DNA of 64,000 nt from Chrysomallon squamiferum (Eukaryota; Animalia; Mollusca). The stretch is from NCBI GenBank assembly GCA_012295275.1, contig CM022676.1, positions 8,184,001-8,248,000 of the forward strand, given 5' to 3'. The notes under the pieces were generated by a model, which saw only the letters and a program-made list of their open reading frames with translations, was not told the DNA's origin and did not search any database. Shown one piece after another: positions 34,428-53,717 of this stretch. The position numbers and the translations under genes are program-made. Numbering within the stretch: the stretch's first letter is position 1; each line of letters starts with the position of its first letter.

Positions 34428-35088
34428 AAACTGTCTGTATCTGTTATCTGTTGTTCTTCAAACTCCTTTCTATGTAATCTATCTGAAAACCAAATTTCTC
34501 ATTTTTACATTAGAAAACAAATAAAAATACGTTATTATCTGGAAATATTTTATTAAGATAAAATGTACAACTATTTTTACTACTTACAATTAAAACTTAA
34601 GAATGTAAATACACCATTATTACAAAATATTATAATTTACGTTGAGAAAGAGAGAAAACAAAACATTAAAAGAGTAATAATAATAGTATAATAAAATAAA
34701 ATAATAATAGAAATAAACTTAGATTATTATCCACTAATATTTTTTAACCCTATCTAAAAAATAAAATCGTTTGAAACGTGAATTTTCAAAATATATTATG
34801 ATTACATTCTCCAACACTCTAAAACACAAATATATGTATACAAACATTTACTGAATACGAAACTTTAAAAAGCAACAAATATAAGTATATTATTGTCTAT
34901 AAATAGTTTAATATAGTATAGTGTAGTATAGTATAGTTCTGTGTAGTATAGAACAGCATAGCGTAGCACAGTATAATATAGTATAGTACAGTATAGCATA
35001 GTATAATATACTATAGTACAGAACAGAATAGTACTATAGTTGAGTATAGTATAGGATAGTATAGGATAGTATAATACTTTATGTTACA

Positions 35089-35136
<48 letters not shown>

Positions 35137-36789
35137 TACGTTTCAGAACTGCACGTGCAATCAGTTACCTTATGAATCAAAAATCTTAAAATCAAGAGTC
35201 ACGAAAACAATAATAATCAAATTTTTAAAAATTAAAAATAAAATAAAACAATGTAGAAAAAAAATTCTCAACACTCTTTAACAGTAAAACTAGCATACTT
35301 CTTCTGAACAGAATTAGTTTTAAAATACAAATAAGTAAAAATTAAAAACGTGTGTTTTCAAAATACATTATGATTACATTATCTTTCCATCTAAAAAATC
35401 CAAATATATCTATACAAACATTTACTGAATCCTAATCTTTAAAAAGCAACAAATATAATTATACTATTGCCTATAAATATAAACTGGCAAATAAATACAA
35501 TTTTTAAAATGAAACAGTTTTTTTATTAAAAACAAAATTTATATTCGCAGTAAAAATACATTTAAGAAATACTTTTTTTGTAACTTTTTAAAATGTAAAG
35601 GCAATTTTATTATTATATTTTATATTTTTTCAAAGTAAACATTTAACAAGAATACTACAGTACAGCATAGTATAGAATAGTATAGCATAGTATACTATCG
35701 CATAGCATAGTATGCATATCATTGCTCAGCATAGCATAGGATAGAATAGCACAGGAGAGTATAACATTTTATATTAAAGACATATTTATTTATATAACTA
35801 TTCATTCGATCGTTTTCGAACTGTAAATATAATTAATTGCCTTATCGATCAAAAACAGTATAGTCCAGAGTAACGAAATTAATAAAAATAAAAATTTAAA
35901 AAATAATAAATAAATCAAAACTGTATACAAAATCTTTTCTCAGCACTCTTTGACAATACAAATAACATATTTCTCCGGAATAAAAAAAAATAAATAAAAA
36001 AATAATTATAAATATATAAATAAATAAATAATATTGCAACTCTGATGAAATCACTTGTGCTATTATCCCAGAGTGATTTCCCTTGATTCTTCGATCTATC
36101 CCGGAATCGGAGTTAAACCAAACAATTTTCTCAAACCATGATTAAAACACACAGATGACACGTTACTATGATAAATGTATCCAAAGTAACACACGAACAG
36201 TGATAAATTATGACACAGTAAAAATTAATAATAATACTATTATCTAAAACAACAATTAAAATTATCACTGCAAAGTTAATTTACAAAAAAGTTAATCCGG
36301 GCTTTTTTCAGTCAGATGACGTCAAGTTGTTTCTTGTTCCGAATGTAAAATAATAATTTTCTACCGAAACGAAAGTGAAATTCCTGGTCCGTAAGTAATC
36401 CATTTGTCTTTTTGAAATTTCCACGTTATTTGCATATTATTGTTTTCAACTTTTAACTTTTGCAGAGTCTGTGTATTTTTGTGAGCATTTATAAGTGTAC
36501 GTCTGTGCGTGTGTTTATGGGTGTACGTGCATGTATATTTGTGAGTGTATGTGTATATATACTTATGAATGTGTTATGGGTTATGTGCATGTGTGCATAT
36601 TTGTTTATAAGTATTTTCGTGAGTGTATAGGTGTGTGTTTCTATTAGTGTACATGTGTATATGTGTGTGTAGAAAATATTTATAATAGTAATAAAACTGC
36701 TGTTAATAATAATATAGCTACAGATCTGGATTTATAATGTATGGCACCTACAGCAATAACATGCTTTATAAATATAAGGTAAATCAAAT

Positions 36790-36885
36790 TCACACGAGGA
36801 ATTTTAATCGTGATATAAAGTTTGTATTACTGTGGTACCTGTCATGAGAACATTCTTCACAATTTGACAGCTATACGCTGAAGAA
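36790..36885 (-). pseudogene. BTB-BACK-PHR copy 3, only the last ~31 codons visible before the gap; functional status unknown
   Basis: LSNCEECSHDRYHSNTNFISRLKFLV* matches the ends of copies 1 and 2. An in-frame TAG sits ~13-15 nt from the gap edge, where sequence may be poor. Confidence 0.6.
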
Positions 36886-37085
36886 NNNNNNNNNNNNNNN
36901 NNNNNNNNNNNNNNNNNNNNNNNNNNNNNNNNNNNNNNNNNNNNNNNNNNNNNNNNNNNNNNNNNNNNNNNNNNNNNNNNNNNNNNNNNNNNNNNNNNNN
37001 NNNNNNNNNNNNNNNNNNNNNNNNNNNNNNNNNNNNNNNNNNNNNNNNNNNNNNNNNNNNNNNNNNNNNNNNNNNNNNNNNNNNN
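36886..37085. other. Assembly gap (200 N)
   Basis: Run of N. Confidence 1.
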
Positions 37086-39230
37086 AATGATTTTAACAAT
37101 CATAAAGTATGACAAGAAAATAATAATCTCTTAATGATGCATGCATGTCTAATAATAATAATAATAATAAAAATAATTACAACAACAACAATAATAATAA
37201 TAAAAACTGGAGTATAGAAAACTGGAGTGACAGTAACATTTTAAGTACCTTCAAAGGGACATTTTAAAGAAACACTATAAAGAACTATTTTTAAAATAAA
37301 GATGTAAATTTTGCTCTAAAATATTTTTCTCTTTCCCTGTTTAATAACAATAATTTTAGAATCTAGGAAATATGCAGCAGATTAAAATTTTGTGTTTGTG
37401 TGTAACTGAAAGACAAACCAGAAGTTAAATATGAAAAAAGATTTAAAAAAATAAAAATAAAACATATATTGTAACATAAGTTTAGCAATCCTTCTTCCAT
37501 GTTTAAAGCTTTCACAGAGTGTTATTCTGTTAAGTAAATGAAAATAAAAATAAAAACAAAAATGATAAGAATAAACACAAAGAAATAAATAAACAAATAA
37601 ATAAATGTAATACAAAATAACGCACCTAATGGTGAAGATTAGCTTAACTTTATGAACTTCTTTGAAATTCAAAGCTTTCACATCACAGATAATAAATTCA
37701 TAATGCAATTTTTTAAACGTAATTTTTCTTTCGACTAACTTCGTATTACTGCTAACTATAAGAACTTTTAAAAATATGTAATAGAAAATTCATATTGTAA
37801 AATTAATCAGAATTAACATTTTCCCTGTCTTGGACAGAACTTATCAGGTTAGTGACAGATATTTTCTCATGGAAATATATACAAATCACCCACATGATGT
37901 TGTTAACTCAGTATTTTTGTTGTGGTCATTATTTTTTATTTTTTTTTTTTATTTTTTTCTTCTTAAAATACAATCACAGCCGTAATTATTTCCAAGAGTA
38001 CAAAACTTGGTTCACCACTGGATCATTATATTTTATATTTAAAAAAACAAACAACAACAAACAAACTAACAATTACATTCTCTTATTTGGTCGACTAGGT
38101 GACGTAAAATGAGTGCCGTCTTCATTCCAAAACATGTTAACATCGTGAATGTAATCTTCACTGAACTACTTGAAACCGGCAGGTCGGACAATTTAGCCTT
38201 TTATCTATGTGACCCGGCCGCCATTGCTTTAAGCTTGCATAACCTAACAATAATTGGGTTACCTCCCTTCTGGGGGCGGAGTTATGTTTGCTGCCTGGAT
38301 AATGGGAACACGTCTCTAGATGAGAGTACATTATTTAATGATATTTTAAAGCGTGCAGGCAATAAATGTATGTATGTAAAAAAAAAAAAAAAAGCCTGCG
38401 TCACACCACCAACCAAAAGTGTTACAAAATGACAGTTACAATGAAAATTTGGTCATGGAAGAGCACTACACTGCATAGACACGCCCTCTGGCCTGTCACC
38501 TGACGATTTGTCACGGCACGGCGATTGAAAATCACTGTTCTCTTCTATACGCGGCAACTGAGTATAGCATTCGTGAAAATATCACGAATATCTTCTGTTT
38601 AAAACATTTTAATTTTTTTAGCAGAGGGAGTTATTATTATTATCATTACAAGGTTAATATCGTAATACCAACATATAGAAAATGTTTATTCAAATTCATC
38701 TTATTCAAGCACAACATACTAGAAAGGTTAACAAGCAAATGATGCACTTAGCTGTAACATGAAAAAATATTGCATTTTTTTTTTTTTTTTCTGCTGTAAA
38801 GTATAATATATTCAATAAAATACATATGCATAAATTCCAATACCAAATTTAGGGGACAAAATGAACCACATCGTAACGAGAAGAAAACGACACTTTTGGC
38901 TAATAGTCGTTAACGCAGTGGTTATGTTGTAGTTTGTCCCATTTCGCCATCAATTTCGCAGTAAAAACAAAATAAAAACAAACACTGACGTGTTCTGACG
39001 GAAGCAACCTCGAATGGTTTCAGTTTGATTACACTAACACCTCATACGTTCCTACGTACGTACGTACACACACACACACACACACACATTATCGGAAAGC
39101 GGGAAACGGGTTCCATAGGTTTCGAGTCTCGTCAACGACATCCAACTCTAATCATACGTACGTATGCCAGAGAATATTGATACCTAAATACCTAAATATG
39201 AATACATACACAGACATGCAGAGGCCTAAA

Positions 39231-39265
<35 letters not shown>

Positions 39266-39274
39266 ATATATATA

Positions 39275-39327
<53 letters not shown>

Positions 39328-39706
39328 AAATCTAATTTTAGAAACCTACCTCAGTTCGTTGTCACACTAAGAACTTTATCGTCGCATTTGCCTGTCGATT
39401 ACTGGATACTCACTTAAATAGCGGCTGAGGTAAAAGAAACGATTAGAAACTAAAAATAAAAAAAGCGTGATAAACTTCTTGTTGGAAAGTAAGTAAATAA
39501 AAATAAAAGTTTAAAAACAGATTTAATTTATAATTACGGTAAATTAACAGAAAATTTATATGAAACTATTTCGGTGTGCGTGTGAAGAATCATTGTGATT
39601 AGGCTACTTGCGATTTCCCATTCGATATACGAGTTAAAACAAGGAAGTGTATTCGGTCAGTAAACGTGAATATACGTATTCATATTTTGAACACACATTT
39701 GCCCTG

Positions 39707-43269
<3,563 letters not shown>

Positions 43270-43717
43270 AAGCTTGATGGAGCAAATCATAAAACAGTAA
43301 TTCTGTATAAAATCTGAATGACTATATTTACAACTTGTTCTTGATTGTTCTCACACAAAACCTAGTTTGATTTGGATTATATCTTTAATTTCTCTGCCTG
43401 ATTGTACGACATGATAGACAATTATAATATAACATTATAGATAGTAATATTGTAGTTATATGGCGTGGAATTGCCAGATACTCTCTCTTCTCTCTTGAAA
43501 TCTCCTGGGTTCCTTAAGCAAGCACCAGTGACAGTATTTCACCATATATTAATATCCCAAGTATCTTGGAGAAATTTCCCAAATACTTTACATCTAAACA
43601 AGGAGAAATAAACCTCAGACATGTTAATCCTGTTTATGTATCTTTAGATTATGCTTGGCGCTTTTAATCCCTCTCAAAACAAAAGATATATATATATAGA
43701 TGTGTGTGTGTACAAAC

Positions 43718-43754
<37 letters not shown>

Positions 43755-43893
43755 GTGTGTGCATACCTTCTGTAGGAATAACAAATATTTAAATGCATGT
43801 TTAATTCATATTAATCATTTTAGATATTCTTAATATTAAGATTTAAAGTGTGATGATTATTCATTGAGTGAATAAAAATAAATTCAACTAAAA

Positions 43894-43954
<61 letters not shown>

Positions 43955-44350
43955 GCTGAGTACTTTAATACTAAGTACTATAATTACATTCATCATGAAA
44001 GGATGAGCAACAAGCACAATAATTGACAGAAAAACGGAGAATTATTTTTAATATTTGGTTGTCACAATTTTTTTTTTTTTTATGTTTGTGTAGAGAGTGT
44101 ATATTTAAATAGCAAGAGATACATTCGTATATACATCAATACAAACTTGCAAATATACATAGATAAATACAAAGTTGCACATATACGTAAATAAATACAT
44201 AAAAAATATGTGTATGACTATGTCCACGAGTGTGGTTATGTGTATAGTGCATATCTTCATATATATATATATATATATGAAGATATACATGTATACATAA
44301 CCACACACGTGGACATAGTCATATATATATATATTATATAGGCTCGTAAG

Positions 44351-44406
<56 letters not shown>

Positions 44407-44441
44407 GTATGTATATATATATGTTATGTATGGATGTATGT

Positions 44442-44489
<48 letters not shown>

Positions 44490-44514
44490 CGAACAAAATG
44501 TATGAAACCGGTGC

Positions 44515-44582
44515 AAACGTACGTCATAACGCTATAAAAGAATGACGTCACTGTTATTATCGGACATGCCTTCTCGTAAGTC
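44515..44582 (+). promoter_or_regulatory. Putative core promoter/first exon of IFI44-like copy 2
   Basis: CRE half-site ACGTCA at 44521, TATAAAA at 44533, TGACGTCA at 44543 and donor-like gtaagt at ~44576, about 100 nt upstream of the ATG. Confidence 0.45.
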
Positions 44583-44670
44583 TGCCGTTCTGCCGTAATG
44601 TTAATGAGTCTATAGTTTCAAGGCTTCTGCATGCGTTTCGTGCCTGCATTGTAAATTATATAAATTGGTA

Positions 44671-44994
44671 ATGGAGGGAATAGAGATGGGAACGTGTGTG
44701 CATACAGTTTTAGAGCTGAGAAGTACGATTTGTTCCATGCTGCAGCAAAAGCCGCTGAACGTGATTCTGATCGGCTGTCAGGGCGTAGGAAAGTCAGCTT
44801 TTATTAATACAATAGCAGCAGCCGTCTCGCAAGACAAATGGCGGGAACACGCTTATTCCGGTTTGAGAGAAAACGACGGAGAACCGATGACCAATTTTAC
44901 CATGAGGCAAAAACCTAAGTGGCTTCATTCTAATACATAAATATATACCCATGAAGATCTTCGTACATACATACGTATATATACATACATAGTA

Positions 44995-45031
<37 letters not shown>

Positions 45032-45553
45032 TGTCTATGTGGAGTCTAATCAGACGTACATATTCAAATCTTAAAATACATACTTGAATACATACATATA
45101 TACACACGTACATACATACATATTCATTCATACATATATAGATGCATATACGCATACATGCATTCTTATATACATAGATACATATACACACATACTTATA
45201 TACATACATACATGCACACACACACACACACACACACATTAAATCTGGAAAAGTATAGAACACCAAATCAAACGATGGGTTGTTTTAAATTATTTACTTA
45301 CCTGATTGTTCATGATTATTGCTCTCCAGGTTTCCAAGATGCTGTCAGCCATCAGGTCTGTTTGCAGATAAACTTCCCACTTTGATAGACACGCCTGGAT
45401 TTCCAGACACCATTGATAAAACTTGGGAAAAAATTCTGCAAGTATGTTACAGAGCTTGTAGCGTTTAAAGCAGTTATAATCCACCAGACAATAGATGCTG
45501 AGCAATTTCAGTTTGTCAATGGGCGACATTGATTTTATCTATTTTATCTACAC

Positions 45554-45649
<96 letters not shown>

Positions 45650-46392
45650 GAGAGAGAGAAAACGAAAGACAGAGAGAGTGAATGAGATGCAGATTTGTAT
45701 TTACTTTTGAGTATCAGTATTTTACTTTTGATTTGATTTGATTTTATTAATATGATATAACGTTGACTATAATTTTTTTTTAATAATAATTTTTAAAAAA
45801 AGAAGATAAAATAGTCTTGATCCTAAAAAGAAAGCATGTAGCGGAGAAACTATCACATAATATTATATAGAGATCAGGATCCATCAACATTAAAGTAGTG
45901 TGTTTGTGTATCTTCGATTGTTTTTATGTTTGTACGAGACTTCCTAATTACTGGGCGTCCATATTTAGGTTCACTTGGGATGTTTGTTTCATACTTAAAA
46001 ACAGTTCTAGGGCCCGTCTTTGCGTTAGCGTCAGGGTTCTTGAAACTTTTTCTAACAAGCTAAAATATTTGGAAATCTTTTCATTCTTTGTTTTCTTTTC
46101 TAGCTTCTCTTTTACGGGAGAATTCCAGAAAATGAAGATCTTAAATTTGCGTACGATTACCTGAAACGAGAACAGATTCGACTACCAAGGTATTTACTGA
46201 AAGATGACAGTCTGAAAGTAGACCGTGTCATATTTGTTTGTTCCGCTAATGAAGAAGCACCAATTGCTTTAATTGATGCTGTGATGCGAGCCGCTAGACC
46301 GGTTTCCAGTGCTTGTCGAAGAAGTAAGTGTTCAGGGGAGTTAATTAATTTAAAGCAGTGAGAGTTACCTAACTTGCTGAAATCTTCATCTG

Positions 46393-46423
<31 letters not shown>

Positions 46424-47009
46424 TTGTTGTTGTTGCTGTTACTACTAATATTATTATTGTTGTTGTAGTTCTGCTGTTTTGTTATTGTTGTTGTTGTTGT
46501 TCTTTCAAAGCGGGTTTGACACTTTTTCAGCAATTCCTGTCTTCTGTGTGATGACAAAAAGTGACATAGTTAGTTCGCCAGACGACGAGAAAGTCAAAGC
46601 TACTCAGAAAACTGTTCTTGGTAGACTTGGCCTTCTGGGCTCCGAAAACCGATTTCTCTTGTGCAAGAACTACTGCGGCGACACGGACCCCGCCAACGAA
46701 CGGACGAGAAGGACGAAGGCGGAGTTCGATAAGCCGATACTCGAGTTTCTCATTCAGGTCTGTGATCCAGCGATTAACGTCATCCACGATGAAGAGAATT
46801 TCCCGGTATCGCTCTACTTCCAGGAATATTTTAATCCCTATGCTACCGGCGTAGTCGGCGTTTTTACTATCGTCATTGTGGTCACGTATTTTGCTTGTTT
46901 CGTCATTATTGTACTAGCCTCGGTTCTGTACTATCTTTCGAGAAAGAATAAATTGCGGTGTTCTTATGACGGCTTTGCCGTTAATCCAAATCTTCGTAAT
47001 TGTGAATGA
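44671..47009 (+). CDS. IFI44/IFI44L-like P-loop GTPase with a C-terminal membrane anchor (copy 2), 4 coding exons, ~348 aa
   Basis: Exons 44671-44906 (AG|gc donor), 45330-45441, 46104-46323 and 46531-47009, total 1047 nt. Motifs are G1 LNVILIGCQGVGKSAFINT, G3 LPTLIDTPG, LLFYGRIP, KVDRVIFV, G4 IPVFCVMTKSD and RFLLCKNY. The hydrophobic tail VVGVFTIVIVVTYFACFVIIVLASVLYYL is followed by a basic SRKNKLR. Confidence 0.8.
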
Positions 47010-47104
47010 TCTTTATTTACAATCCTTTATTTATTTATTTATTTATTTGTTTGTTTGTTTGTTGTTGTTTTTTTTTTTTTTTTTTTTTTTTTTTTGATGC
47101 TAAT

Positions 47105-47645
47105 GCTTTGATTTGAATCGATTCCGCTGTAATTGATTCGATTCGATGTCATTTCATTCGATTCCATTCCATTCGATTTGATTTGATTTATTTGATTCGA
47201 TTCCATTCGATTTGTTTCAATTTGATTTGGTTTGATTTTATTTGTTTCGATTTGATTTGATTTGATTTGATTAGATTGATTTAAACGGCATTTGGTTAGA
47301 TTCGATTCGATTCGATTCCATATGACTCGATTGCGTTTCTTTAGATTCAATACGAAACGATAGGATACACTATGATATGATTTGATTTCAATCTGTATGA
47401 TAGGATAGGATAGGATAGGATAGGATAGGATAGGATACGATATGACTGGGTTTTATTTGATTTAATTTGATTCAGTTCGATTCGACCACACAGGGTATGA
47501 TATGTTGTAATATGATATATTTTGATTTGATCTGATTCGGCTCGATACGATGCAATACGGTTTGATCCGATTCGATACTATTCACTATATGATATGATAT
47601 AATCTGATTTCGATGATTCGATACAGTTTGAAACAATTCAGTTTC
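47105..47645. repeat. Compound pentanucleotide satellite (GATTC/GATTT/GATAG/GATAT)n
   Basis: Directly visible 5-bp periodicity. Confidence 0.85.
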
Positions 47646-47951
47646 TCTTTATTTTATGTAATTTCAATTTATCTTTATTTTATGTAATTTCAATTTACTT
47701 ATTTTATGTATTATTACTTTTGTTTTACACTATATTAAAAAAAAAAAAAAATCTATTACTTAATTTTTGTTGTCATGTAGTGAAATTTCAATTCATTTGA
47801 AATTTATATTTTTAATATCTTATAAATGTATTTCAGTTTTCATACCTGGGTTCAGAGCATAATGGTACAAGCTGGAAATCGAAAGTGTGTAAACATTTAG
47901 AAAATTTGCTTGTATTTATTATTATTGTTGTTATTGTTGTTGTTGTTGTTA

Positions 47952-48009
<58 letters not shown>

Positions 48010-48389
48010 ATAAATATATTTATGAACTTTCTAATCATAGACTGGTTTGTTATGTATGAACGACACTGTATCTATATATGTATGTACGTATACATGTGTG
48101 TGTGTGTGTGTATATGTAAATATATTATGTATGTATACACATTCACATACATGTCAGAATACAGAATGTACATATGTTTTGTCTCTCTGTGTGTCTGTGT
48201 GAATATCTGTATTTGTGTGTACGTGGATGTGTGCGCGCGCGTTTGTGTGCAAGCAAACAATAACACAGATTTCTAGTAAATCAGTCGTTTATTTCATGCT
48301 CCATGTAGGCATACGCCGAAATTGTCTCCGCATTGACGTACAAACCGTCGTATTCATCTGAAAAATTACCTCAAATCTTAGCTCCCATG

Positions 48390-48427
<38 letters not shown>

Positions 48428-48818
48428 GAAAATACTAATACTATTAAAGTCACTTTGTGGAATACACCATGAAGTGTGACGTCAGAACGTATTGGCTCAT
48501 TACGTAATTATTAATTTTTTATTAGCCTATATCGTCAGCTCGACGAGACTTGCAGAAATCGGTCAGCCATTTTGAAACTGCAATTGAAAGAAAACAACCG
48601 TGTCTGTGACAGTGGAATGTCTTTTTTCTAACAATCTATCCATGGTCGTTGCTGAAACTGACAACATTGTCGTTTCATTCGTATAATCAACGCCATCGTC
48701 AGCATCCATATTATATATATATATACACTATTTTTACGAAGAACAACAGAACAGAGGTAATTCTTATCATCATCATTATTGCCAGTACTATGAATCAGTT
48801 AACATTTATTGAAAATAT

Positions 48819-48911
<93 letters not shown>

Positions 48912-49391
48912 AAAACAAAAAGCAAGAGAGAGAGAGAGAGATGAAAAACAAAAAGCAAGAGAGAGAGAGAGAGTTTTAATATTGATATATCACCTTTATC
49001 AAAATGAACATTATTTCTGGGTTTTCTAGGATTCATCTTTGGTTCAGTTTCTTCTGTTTCTGAGTAAGATAAAATAAAAGTTGATGAATATTTATTAAAG
49101 ATTAAAAGAAAGAGAAAGGGACAGAAAGAAAGAAAAAAAAAATAAACACAAACAAACAAACAAACAATTAAATAAATAAATTCATAAATAAAAAAAAATA
49201 AAATAAAATAAAGTAAGATAAATAAAAAAAAATGAAATGAAATATAATATAATATACCATTCGTTTGTGTTTCAGATGTTTTCTTCTGTGATCTCCGTCT
49301 TCGAATTATAACTAAAATAATAAAATTTCAGAAGAACAAAATAAGACATAACAACATATTATTTATTTGTTTATTATTATTATTACTATAT

Positions 49392-49426
<35 letters not shown>

Positions 49427-49725
49427 TTTTACTGTTACAATAAAATATTTGGTATCGTTGAATTTTGCTTTATTTCCCGTTCTAAGGAAAGCTCTATCAA
49501 GGACTTTGATGGTAAATGTTAAACCAAGGTATATAGCTACATGTTTGACATCTTCTGCCGACATTTACTGAATAATTATATAACATTATCTTTTAAAGAA
49601 AATATACAAACATCAACATATACTAATTGTATGATACATCTCAGTATTCACCGTCTGTTTTAAATATGACGCTGAACGTGAAAAAGATTTGATACGAACA
49701 AGAGAACAGTGCTTTCTAAGCAATT

Positions 49726-51598
<1,873 letters not shown>

Positions 51599-52839
51599 TA
51601 TAACTGTTAGCTTGGCTCTCAGTCATATGAACTGATTCTAAATCAGGAGATATTTTAAGATAGTACAAATTAAATAACACCCCATTATCCGAAGTATTTG
51701 AGTAAGGAGCGGAACACTTTACTCACATCTTCCTGGTCTGTTATATGTAATCTTACGTTTGTACGTATATAATGATATATATTTGGATTGTAGGTAAGAA
51801 ATACACACCAGTGTTTACACAAAATGTAACAATAACGGGTGTTAACCGAAACGTATTCTTACGTATAAAATTAAATAAGAACACGAAACTACAGATCCGG
51901 GAAGCGACCTGCATTGTTTGTTTTGATTTGTTTTTTTAAATTTAAGTATTTTATTTATGTCTGTTTTTTTATTTATTAATTATTGTTATTGCTATTGTTA
52001 TTAATATTATTACTATTTTGTACTGAAACAATATTTTAATCAGAAAGATTATTATACTGTTATTACTGTTACTATTAACACCGCATATCACTATTATTAT
52101 TGACATTACTAATTTATTTCAAATCTAATTTTATCATCATCATTATTATTTTTTATTTTGTAAAAGTGGAACCTTTTTAAAGTTCGTTGACAGATAAATG
52201 TGTATGTAGTTCAGGATTCATTTTAATTTTATTTATTTAAATTCAGTATTCCATTTATGCACTTGTTTACATGTACCCAACACAAAAAAAAATACGTTTG
52301 TATATATATAATAGACACAAATACGCATATATTGTTTCATAAAACCAGCGGTATCTGACAGGTTTTATGATCTTGACACCAGTGGTTCCCAGAGTATTGT
52401 CTTGTGCAGAGTCTAACCAAACGTACCTAAGTCAGAATATATTCAAAATCCTAAATAGGTATTACACATACATATATACATACATATATATTCATAGAAA
52501 CACAAAATAATATATAACGGTACATCTCTATATATGCATTAAGATATCATGCATAAATAAACAACACGAAACACAGATCAGAAGCAACCTGCATTGTTTG
52601 TTTTGCTTTTTTTTTTTTTATGAATATTTCATGTTTAAATCATATTTATTATTTGTGAGTTATATATATATCTTGCCTGTGTGTGTGTGTGTGTGTGTGC
52701 TAAGTATATATGTATCTGCCTCTGTGTGTTACTGTGCTGTTTGTGTGTGTGTGTATGTACATATATATATATATATATATATATTTATTGCCTGTGTGTT
52801 TTATGTGTGTATTATGTAAGTATATATTATATATATCTG

Positions 52840-52885
<46 letters not shown>

Positions 52886-53002
52886 ATGACCACGACGTAC
52901 TATTTGCTAGTATTGTTTTCTACTGGAATGTATTACTCCGCTGGAGCATGGATACAGATCAGCTCTGTCACATGATCACGTAGGTCACCGAAACTCACAT
53001 TA

Positions 53003-53053
53003 TGAGTCATGGGGAGTTCCCGATTTTCTTATTTTCGTATTTTTTATTTTATT

Positions 53054-53084
<31 letters not shown>

Positions 53085-53104
53085 TTTTTTTATTTTTATT
53101 TATT

Positions 53105-53169
<65 letters not shown>

Positions 53170-53323
53170 ATGTCTATAATCATAGTTAATTTTTATAACC
53201 TAAAGTTTTAACATAAATGCCTGAATATTTATTGATTTTAAAAATGTATTAGCATTTGTTGTCCCAAGGTTAACAGGTTTCCAAGAACAACCGTTTTGAG
53301 CTATTGAATACGGGGAAATCCCC
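53003..53323. promoter_or_regulatory. AP-1 site and two NF-kB consensus sites in the divergent intergenic region between the Ig gene and receptor member C
   Basis: TGAGTCA at 53003-53009 sits right next to GGGGAGTTCCC at 53011-53021. GGGGAAATCCCC is at 53312-53323, and a donor AG|gtaagg follows at ~53364. Confidence 0.55.
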
Positions 53324-53533
53324 ACATATCAATTCGCGATAAAGGTTAACTGTGTCACTAGTAGGTAAGGTTTGAAACATTTAGTTAGTTCAAATGACTT
53401 GATGTTAAATCTAGAGTCTTGATTATTTATTTTATAATATAGCGTTTATATATATATATATATAAACAGATATCACTAAACAGTCTAACAAGCAGCCGAA
53501 ACCGACGAAGATTTTCAACTAAAGGGAAGCACT

Positions 53534-53646
53534 ATGAAGAAGGAAGAGTTACAGTTCAAGGGAGAAAACTCATACAGGAAGATAAAGTACAGTGTATTTT
53601 ACACGCTGTGAGTAACACAATTGTTGCGAAAAAGTATTAAAACCTG

Positions 53647-53717
<71 letters not shown>

